Source of the DNA: Escherichia coli
GTDB taxonomy: Bacteria; Pseudomonadota; Gammaproteobacteria; Enterobacterales; Enterobacteriaceae
Strand: one strand, 5' to 3'
Assembly: GCF_003018255.1 (NCBI RefSeq)
Contig: NZ_CP027440.1
Length of the DNA stretch: 64,000 nt
Every line of letters begins with the position of its first letter. Position 1 is the stretch's first letter. Both the position numbers and the translations under genes were made by a program. Under the pieces are notes generated by a model, which was given only the letters and a program-made list of their open reading frames with translations, was not told the DNA's origin and did not search any database. Positions 52,864-64,000 of the stretch are shown in pieces.

Positions 52864-53793
52864 ATGGAACGACTAAAACGCATGTCGGTGTTTGCCAAAG
52901 TAGTTGAATTTGGCTCTTTTACCGCCGCCGCCAGACAGCTACAGATGAGCGTTTCGTCCATCAGTCAGACGGTGTCAAAACTGGAAGATGAGTTACAGGT
53001 AAAGCTGTTAAACCGTAGTACACGCAGCATTGGCCTGACTGAAGCCGGCAGAATTTACTACCAGGGCTGCCGTCGGATGCTCCATGAAGTGCAGGATGTT
53101 CATGAGCAACTGTATGCCTTCAATAACACCCCCATCGGGACGCTGCGCATTGGCTGTTCTTCAACTATGGCACAAAATGTTCTCGCCGGGCTGACAGCAA
53201 AAATGCTGAAAGAATACCCAGGTTTGAGCGTCAATCTGGTTACCGGAATTCCTGCCCCCGACCTGATTGCCGATGGTCTGGATGTGGTGATCCGCGTCGG
53301 CGCGTTGCAGGATTCCAGCCTGTTTTCCCGCCGTCTGGGCGCGATGCCGATGGTGGTGTGCGCCGCGAAAAGCTATCTCACACAATACGGCATACCGGAA
53401 AAACCCGCCGATTTGAGTAGTCATTCATGGCTTGAATACAGCGTGCGGCCCGACAATGAATTTGAACTGATCGCACCGGAAGGGATCTCGACTCGCCTGA
53501 TCCCACAAGGAAGATTTGTGACTAATGATCCGATGACGCTGGTGCGCTGGCTGACGGCGGGTGCCGGGATCGCCTACGTGCCGCTGATGTGGGTGATCAA
53601 CGAGATCAATCGTGGGGAACTGGAGATCCTGCTGCCGCGTTATCAGTCAGATCCACGCCCGGTTTATGCGTTATATACCGAAAAAGATAAGCTGCCGCTG
53701 AAGGTACAGGTCGTGATCAACTCGCTGACGGATTATTTTGTTGAGGTCGGTAAATTGTTTCAGGAGATGCACGGGCGCGGGAAAGAGAAGTAA
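52864..53793 (+). CDS. aaeR: LysR-family activator of the aaeXAB operon
   Basis: 309 aa; N-terminal HTH MERLKRMSVFAKVVEFGSFTAAARQLQMSVSSISQTV; divergent from aaeX. Confidence 0.93.
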   Translation: MERLKRMSVFAKVVEFGSFTAAARQLQMSVSSISQTVSKLEDELQVKLLNRSTRSIGLTEAGRIYYQGCRRMLHEVQDVHEQLYAFNNTPIGTLRIGCSSTMAQNVLAGLTAKMLKEYPGLSVNLVTGIPAPDLIADGLDVVIRVGALQDSSLFSRRLGAMPMVVCAAKSYLTQYGIPEKPADLSSHSWLEYSVRPDNEFELIAPEGISTRLIPQGRFVTNDPMTLVRWLTAGAGIAYVPLMWVINEINRGELEILLPRYQSDPRPVYALYTEKDKLPLKVQVVINSLTDYFVEVGKLFQEMHGRGKEK

Positions 53794-53835
53794 TTCATAT
53801 TGTACTGTTACGTTGTACAAACCTGTGCCAACGGG

Positions 53836-53870
53836 TTCCCCTCACCCTAACCCCAGAGGAGCGAGGGGAC
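53836..53870. repeat. GC-rich imperfect palindromic repeat between convergent aaeR and tldD
   Basis: GTTCCCCTCACCCTAACCCCAGAGGAGCGAGGGGAC; same family as 35986-36018. Confidence 0.7.
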
Positions 53871-53920
53871 CGTTCGTGCACGTAGAAAGATTAATTATCC
53901 TTCTGAAAATACTGAAATTA

Positions 53921-55381
<1,461 letters not shown>

Positions 55382-55413
55382 TTAGTTACTGCAGTAGAGG
55401 ATTTTTTACGGCT

Positions 55414-55447
55414 GCCGGATGCGGCGTGAACGCCCTGTCCGGCCTAC
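55414..55447. repeat. REP (repetitive extragenic palindrome) element in the tldD-yhdP intergenic region
   Basis: GCCGGATGCGGCGTGAACGCCCTGTCCGGCCTAC closely matches the canonical E. coli REP sequence. Confidence 0.85.
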
Positions 55448-55521
55448 GGTTATGTTCTGGCTCGTTGGCCTTTGGCAACGATTATCCTATGAGATTGGGG
55501 CAATTACGCGCCCTCGTCAAA

Positions 55522-58500
55522 TCATTGCGCTTTTTCTTTACGCGGTTGTCGCAACACTTCGTTGATTTGCGGATCGTCCAGCGGACCCGAAATGTGATAG
55601 CGCAAAATGGAGACTTTGCTCCACAGCGGTCCCAGCACTTTACTGGCGGCAAACACTGCCGCGCCAACAATGGGGTTAACCGCAAAGGCCGCAGCCACAC
55701 CCACCGTCGCAGAAATCTCTGGTGCGACAACCGCTTCCATATTCAGGTCGCGACGTACCAGATTTACCGACCCTTTCATAGCGATGTCCGCTTCCAGGCC
55801 ATCCACCAGCGTGTCGTCGGTGTGCATAACGCCGTCTTTAATCCACGCGGTGCTGCGAATGGAGTCAAAATAGAACCCTTCGCCAAAAGTGTCTCTGAAA
55901 TCAAAACGCAGCTTACGCATCAGGGCATCTACGCTCAATAAGCGCAGCAATTGCCCGGCATGTCCGGTATTGATTTCGGTAATTTCGCCTTTACCCAGTT
56001 GAGTATGAATGATGCCATTCAACGTCGCCTCATCTGGTTGCCAGGGTGCTTTGCGCCAGTGTAAATCGTAATCCACATTAAATGACGACTGGCGTATGGG
56101 CGTCGTGACACCAAAAAATTCTGCGGCGGCATCAATTTTCTGCCCACGCAGTTTTCCTTTCAGCGAGGTGCGTTCATTCCCCGGATTGTTAACCCATTCA
56201 CCATCGGCAGTGAGCCGCGAAAAACCAGTATCAATCAGTCCATTAGTCAGCGTTAATGTATTGCCAGAAATGGTGATATCACTGTCAATGCGCCCGAATT
56301 TTTGCCCCCAGAACCAGCACTCTGCGCATCGTATTTGTGCGTCCGGCCAGCCACGGAAGCTAATGCGCTCCGTTGTCGGGAAAGGTGATGAATTCGTTGA
56401 GTCACCATGAGTTTTCGCCACGCTTGGGTTGTAATAAAGATATTTGATATTCGCCAGCCACGGCGCGTTATTACGCATCGCCAGCGTGGCGTTGATTTCA
56501 CGCCCTTGCGCCTCAACCAGGGTGCCATTTGCCGTCGGTTGCGAAACAATGCTCAGGTTATTCCATTGCTGATTTCCCAGCGACAACATAGGCGTACGTA
56601 ACGTTATGTGTTGTGGGAAACTCGCTGCACCACCGACACTCTCCGCAGCGCCTTTCTGGAACAGGGCCAGCCACTCGGCACCATTCATCGGCGGCATATT
56701 GAGTTCAACGCCACTTTGTTCCGGCAACGGCGGGAGCGTTTTACTGTCTGCCGCCCAAATAGCACGGTCGAGCGTCAGCTTTTGACCGAGCAACCAGCGG
56801 CTATTGAAATGGTTATCTGCACCAGCCTGTCCGGTTAACTCAAAGCTGTTGAGATTGCCATCAACCTTAACGTTTACCGGCAGTGGTTCACCCGCAGGTT
56901 TGGCTAACGGTGAAGGTAAGTGACTGCTCACATTCTTCAGGTCGCCGTTCAGCTCTACGTTATAGGTCGCGCCAGCATGATAAGGCAGATCAATGCCCAC
57001 TTTACCATCCCACGCCACGCTGCCACTTAATGCTTCGTTCACCGCTTCAGGCAGAACGCCGGTTTTCGCTGGTTGCCAGTTACCGTTGAGATTCACCGCG
57101 ACCTGGTAGGCTTTTGCCCCTTCTTTGGTGGAAAAATCCACGTTCAACGGCTGATTAAACCAGCTTGCTGTCAGTGGTTCACTTTGCAGATCGCCATTGA
57201 TAAAGCTGAATTTACCGCTCAAATTTTTCAGGGTGCTGTCGAGTGGTTTGATAAACAGACTGTTATTACGCAGCGTCACATCACCTTTCGCGGTTACCAG
57301 TTCGCCGTTCAGCGGGATATCAAGATGTAAGCGAGCATTCACATCGCCGTCGAGCTGGAGTTCTTGCAGGGTCGCACCCAGAGAATCTTTCAGCGGTGTC
57401 TCATCAAAGTAAGGGCCAACGGCTTTACCCGGACCTTTAATGTCAGCGTCAATCAGCAGTTTTTCTTTTGAGTAGTCAGGGATCACTGCGGTGAGATTAC
57501 TTGCGCGCACGCCGCCCAGATTAACGCCATCGGTTTTCATCCATAAACCGTCGTTAATAAAGTCCAGTTCAATATCAAGGTTAGTTAATGCAGGCCAGTC
57601 CGGCTGGAAGGCAAACTTCGCGTTGCGCAGCGGTACCAGCACTTCAAACTGACCTTCGTTGTGTTTATAGGGGAAGAGTTGCGGATTGCCACCATAAACC
57701 AGCGTCGCGTTATCCGCTTCACCGCCCTGAATCGCGCCACTTAAGTAATCAACCAGGTCTTTACCCATCAAGTTTTCCGGGAAATAGCGCCAGGCTTGTG
57801 AACCATCATCGGTACTGATGCCAGCCAGAATACCCAGCCAGGGTTCATCGTTAGCTGGTTGCAGGTAACGAAAACCGCCGCGCGCATGGACGGCTTTGGC
57901 TTTAACGTCAATATTACGCCCATCCAGCTGGAAACCTTTGTCATTGTTCAGCCAGCTTATCGTTGCCTGGCCGTCGGCGATTTCCAGTGGCGCACGGAAT
58001 ACCGTTTCGTAAGGCATCTTTGCCTGCTTCATCGACGCAGTAAGCAAACCATTTTCTACGCTGCCGGAAAGCGTCCCGGAGAAGTGTTCCGCACCCGGTA
58101 ATAATTTCCATTGCTTCCAGGCCAGATCGCTCCACGATGCCTGAAAACGGGTCTTGTCTGCCGCCTGAAGCGGGATATCCAGCGCCAGCGTGTTAATCTT
58201 GCCGCTCGGTTGTGTGGAGCGCCAAACATCACCCAGTGCAGGTGAAAGTTTCGCGGCCAGCGGGCGTATGCCCTCCAGGCCTGCCAGCTCCAGATTACTG
58301 GCGCGAATCCGGAGTTCGTCACTGCGTTTATTGTCTTTGCCGCCAACGTCCTGTTCCGGTATCCAGGCCAGCGTCAATGCTCCGCTCGGCCAGGGTTTGC
58401 CGTCCATCGTGATCCGTGTATCGGGAATAGAGAACTGCCAGCCTGGATTTTCACGCGTAATATGCGCGGTCAGATTATCCACCGACAGCGTATGCGTTTG

Positions 58501-59322
58501 CTTCTCGCCCAACCAGCTGGCACCGCCCTGTTTCAGCCAGACGTCACCGCCGGTTACATCGCCTTTGTCGATCGTCATCCAGCCTTCAAGGGAGAACTGT
58601 GCCGTTTCCAGCGCAATATTGTCCTGCATCCATTTACCGAGCCACGGCTTCAGGTCGATGTCATCCGCCTGGAGCCAGACGCGACCATTGCTTAACAACC
58701 CCTCATCATCGCGCAAATCCATGCGCACCTGCATCACGCCGTGCTGTCCGGTAAGGCTGGAGAGGCTTACCTGGCCTTCTGCACGGTGTCGACGTGGATC
58801 GTTCAGCCAGGTGAGCTGTGGGATCGCCAGCTCGGCGCGCTGACCGGATGGCGTCAGGAAACTGACTTCACTGTCGCGGAGATCGAAATGGTCGAACTGA
58901 CGAAGAAACAGATCGCTGATGTGACTGGCTTCCAGACTATCATTACCACCGCCGCTGGTGATAGGAGTGTTGGTGCGAAAGCGCAGCTGCCAGAAAGTGA
59001 GGTCGCGAAACTGCCAGCGCATATGTAACAGGCTCTGCCAGACATCCAGCGCCAGAGTAACGCGTTTAACCGAAAATTCGCCGCCATCTTTTAGTTCTGC
59101 ACGGATGTCGTGCGCTTCAAGCGTCGGACCAAAATTCTGCCAGCTGGCTGAGAGCTGACTGGCTTCTACCGGCATGCCAGTCGCGGATTCTATTTTGTTG
59201 AGGATTTCCGGACGCCAGGCGTCAAGATGCGGTAAAGCAATACGCAGGCCGCTAACCAGCAGGGCAGCGATCACAACGAGCGCGGCTCCAGTAAGCAGTA
59301 AAATCCCCGGCAATCGCCTCAC
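55522..59322 (-). CDS. yhdP: AsmA-like large envelope protein YhdP (phospholipid transport between inner and outer membrane)
   Basis: 1266 aa; N-terminal membrane anchor MRRLPGILLLTGAALVVIAALLVSGLRIALP. Confidence 0.93.
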   Translation of the reverse strand: MRRLPGILLLTGAALVVIAALLVSGLRIALPHLDAWRPEILNKIESATGMPVEASQLSASWQNFGPTLEAHDIRAELKDGGEFSVKRVTLALDVWQSLLHMRWQFRDLTFWQLRFRTNTPITSGGGNDSLEASHISDLFLRQFDHFDLRDSEVSFLTPSGQRAELAIPQLTWLNDPRRHRAEGQVSLSSLTGQHGVMQVRMDLRDDEGLLSNGRVWLQADDIDLKPWLGKWMQDNIALETAQFSLEGWMTIDKGDVTGGDVWLKQGGASWLGEKQTHTLSVDNLTAHITRENPGWQFSIPDTRITMDGKPWPSGALTLAWIPEQDVGGKDNKRSDELRIRASNLELAGLEGIRPLAAKLSPALGDVWRSTQPSGKINTLALDIPLQAADKTRFQASWSDLAWKQWKLLPGAEHFSGTLSGSVENGLLTASMKQAKMPYETVFRAPLEIADGQATISWLNNDKGFQLDGRNIDVKAKAVHARGGFRYLQPANDEPWLGILAGISTDDGSQAWRYFPENLMGKDLVDYLSGAIQGGEADNATLVYGGNPQLFPYKHNEGQFEVLVPLRNAKFAFQPDWPALTNLDIELDFINDGLWMKTDGVNLGGVRASNLTAVIPDYSKEKLLIDADIKGPGKAVGPYFDETPLKDSLGATLQELQLDGDVNARLHLDIPLNGELVTAKGDVTLRNNSLFIKPLDSTLKNLSGKFSFINGDLQSEPLTASWFNQPLNVDFSTKEGAKAYQVAVNLNGNWQPAKTGVLPEAVNEALSGSVAWDGKVGIDLPYHAGATYNVELNGDLKNVSSHLPSPLAKPAGEPLPVNVKVDGNLNSFELTGQAGADNHFNSRWLLGQKLTLDRAIWAADSKTLPPLPEQSGVELNMPPMNGAEWLALFQKGAAESVGGAASFPQHITLRTPMLSLGNQQWNNLSIVSQPTANGTLVEAQGREINATLAMRNNAPWLANIKYLYYNPSVAKTHGDSTNSSPFPTTERISFRGWPDAQIRCAECWFWGQKFGRIDSDITISGNTLTLTNGLIDTGFSRLTADGEWVNNPGNERTSLKGKLRGQKIDAAAEFFGVTTPIRQSSFNVDYDLHWRKAPWQPDEATLNGIIHTQLGKGEITEINTGHAGQLLRLLSVDALMRKLRFDFRDTFGEGFYFDSIRSTAWIKDGVMHTDDTLVDGLEADIAMKGSVNLVRRDLNMEAVVAPEISATVGVAAAFAVNPIVGAAVFAASKVLGPLWSKVSILRYHISGPLDDPQINEVLRQPRKEKAQ

Positions 59323-59389
59323 CCGTCACTCCTTGTCTGCTAAAAATGTGACTCAAAAACCCTTTGCCGGATGGCGGCCCAGCATCTGT

Positions 59390-60859
59390 TTACATCATTA
59401 CGACGTCAAACTGCTCCTGGTTATAGAGCGGTTCAATTTGTACTTTAACCTGTTTACCAACGAAAATTTCCACTTCCGCCAGCGAGTGTGACTCTTCGCC
59501 TTTCAAGGCTTCAGCTACTGCCGGAGAAGCATAGACCAGGAAACGGTCGGAATCATAAGCATGGTGTACACGAACAATCTCGCGCATGATTTCATAGCAT
59601 ACCGTTTCCACGGTTTTCACCGTTCCGCGACCGTGGCAGGTTGGGCATTCGTTACATAGTACGTGCTCAATGCTTTCGCGGGTGCGTTTACGCGTCATCT
59701 CCACCAGCCCCAGCGCCGAAAAACCATTAACGCTGGTTTTCACCCGGTCTTTGCTCAACGCCTGCTCCAGCGAGTGCAGCACGCGGCGGCGGTGATCTTC
59801 ATTATTCATATCGATGAAATCAATAATGATAATCCCGCCCAGATTACGCAACCGTAACTGGCGAGCGATAGCCTGCGTCGCTTCAATATTGGTATTGAAA
59901 ATGGTGTCGTCCAGATTGCGATGACCGACAAACGCCCCGGTATTGATGTCTACGGTGGTCATCGCTTCGGTCTGGTCGATAATCAGATAGCCACCGGATT
60001 TCAGTTCTACTTTGCGTTCCAGCGCTCGCTGAATTTCGTTTTCGACATCAAAGAGATCGAAAATCGGCTGGCGTCCGGTGTAATGCTCCAGCTTGCTGGT
60101 CATCTCGGGAATGTACTCCGAGGTAAACTCCAGCAATGCTTCGTAAGTCAGGCGTGAGTCAACGCGAATGCGGTCGAGTTCGGCGTCGGCGAAATCACGC
60201 AGAACACGCTGCGCCAGCGCCAGTTCGCCGTACAGCTGATAACGGGTCTGTGGGCGCTTTTTACGCTCCATAACTTTGGTCCAGACGCGTTTCAGATAAG
60301 CGGCATCGGAGGCCAGTTCAGCCTCGCCAACCCCTTCAGCTGCGGTACGGATGATAAACCCGCCCTGCTCGTCGCAATACTCTGCGACCACTTTTTTCAG
60401 GCGTTCACGTTCTGATTCGCTTTCAATTCGTTGGGAAACCCCAACGTGAGAAGCCCCTGGCATAAATACCAGATAGCGAGAAGGCAGCGTGATATCGGTG
60501 GTCAGGCGCGCACCCTTAGTGCCAAGTGGATCTTTCACCACCTGCACCATCAGATCTTGCCCCTGACGGACCAGCTCCGAGATGTCGCGCACCGTGAATT
60601 GCTTTTGTTCTTCACCCGCCACACATTCGGTGTGCGGCATGATGTCAGATGCATGAAGAAACGCGGCTTTATCCAGCCCAATATCTACAAAAGCCGCCTG
60701 CATACCCGGAAGTACACGACTTACACGACCCTTGTAGATATTGCCTACTATTCCGCGTCGCGCCTCACGTTCAATATGAATTTCCTGCAGAATACCGCCA
60801 TCAATATACGCCACTCGCGTTTCCGAAGGCGTTACGTTTACTAACAATTCAGCCGTCAT
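59390..60859 (-). CDS. rng: Ribonuclease G
   Basis: Start taken at [22 protein letters not shown] (ATG confirmed at 60857-60859 on the minus strand), 489 aa; an alternative start 6 codons upstream (60877) is also in frame. Confidence 0.93.
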
Positions 60860-61442
60860 GTTTATCCCTTTTCTCACGCAGTGCGTTAAAATTACTTAAT
60901 AATTCATACGTTTCAACCAGCGGTAAGCCGACTACGGCGTGATAGCTGCCATTTATCTTCCTGACAAAACAGCCACCCAGCCCCTGAATACCGTATGCAC
61001 CTGCTTTATCTAACGGTTCACCGCTGGCGACATAGCCCGCGATGTCTTCGTCTGTTAACGTTCTGAAAGTCACATCGGTGACCACCAGGCAATCGAGAAT
61101 GTGCTGGCTGTCGGCCAACGCCACTGCCGTCATTACCTGATGGGTCTGACCCGATAATTTGCGCAACATCTGCGCCGCATGCTCTGCGTCGCGCGGTTTC
61201 TCCAGTACTTCTCCGTTCAGGATAACGATAGTATCCGCACCCAGCACCGGGAGATCCTGCGCCGTTTGCGCGACACCCGCCTGTGCTTTCTCGCGCGCCA
61301 GACGCACAACATACTGCTGCGCGCTCTCCTGCGGCTGACGCTGCTCCTCAATGCCCGTAACAATACGTTCAAAGGTTACGCCAAGTTGCGCAAGTAACTC
61401 CTGACGACGCGGAGAACCGGAAGCTAAATACAGAGAAGTCAT
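60849..61442 (-). CDS. yhdE: Maf-like nucleoside triphosphate pyrophosphatase YhdE
   Basis: 197 aa, [28 protein letters not shown]... Confidence 0.93.
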   Translation of the reverse strand: MTSLYLASGSPRRQELLAQLGVTFERIVTGIEEQRQPQESAQQYVVRLAREKAQAGVAQTAQDLPVLGADTIVILNGEVLEKPRDAEHAAQMLRKLSGQTHQVMTAVALADSQHILDCLVVTDVTFRTLTDEDIAGYVASGEPLDKAGAYGIQGLGGCFVRKINGSYHAVVGLPLVETYELLSNFNALREKRDKHDG

Positions 61443-61450
61443 AGAAACCT

Positions 61451-63042
<1,592 letters not shown>

Positions 63043-63107
63043 AAGTTATGCGTATTCTCGTATCAGACCAGGCAGGGTAAACAGACACTTCCCCTGCCTG
63101 CATCCGA

Positions 63108-64000
<893 letters not shown>

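Overview
This window reads as a contiguous stretch of Escherichia coli (or very close Enterobacteriaceae) core chromosome, running from the 3' part of dacB to the 3' part of mreB. I recognise about 61 protein-coding genes, most from their translated products in the supplied ORF track: dacB, obgE, yhbE, rpmA-rplU, ispB, sfsB, murA, ibaG, mlaFEDCB, yrbG, kdsDC-lptCAB-rpoN-hpf-ptsN-rapZ-npr, yrbL, mtgA, elbB, arcB, yhcC, gltBD, yhcG, the sialic acid cluster yhcH-nanKETA plus nanR, dcuD, sspAB, rpsI-rplM, zapE, zapG, degQ, degS, mdh, argR, yhcN, yhcO, aaeXAB-aaeR, tldD, yhdP, rng, yhdE and mreDCB. Many ORF-track starts are N-terminally over-extended; I give the start I consider correct, checked against the start codon in the sequence. 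One sRNA is present (ArcZ, between elbB and arcB), along with REP-type repeats, a second GC-rich repeat family, several intrinsic terminators, a PhoP box upstream of yrbL, the GGTATA-repeat NanR operator upstream of nanA, and ARG boxes upstream of argR. I see no transposase, integrase, phage gene, CRISPR array, rRNA or tRNA. I do not find a convincing novel multi-gene system: this is an ordinary, well-studied core region. The observations most worth a second look are: (1) a family of near-perfect 27-33 bp palindromes with a CAGACA/TGTCTG core, three inside the yhcG reading frame and one just after its stop; (2) gltD is followed directly by yhcG, so the gltF-yhcADEF segment I recall from the K-12 reference is absent; (3) a 9-A homopolymer at the mlaD start that breaks the canonical ATG frame; (4) a 12-codon upstream ORF with a good Shine-Dalgarno before sfsB; (5) tandem CTTAAG-containing repeats beside the PhoP box of yrbL. 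All gene identities and all comparisons with K-12 are from memory, not from a database search, and should be confirmed by alignment.
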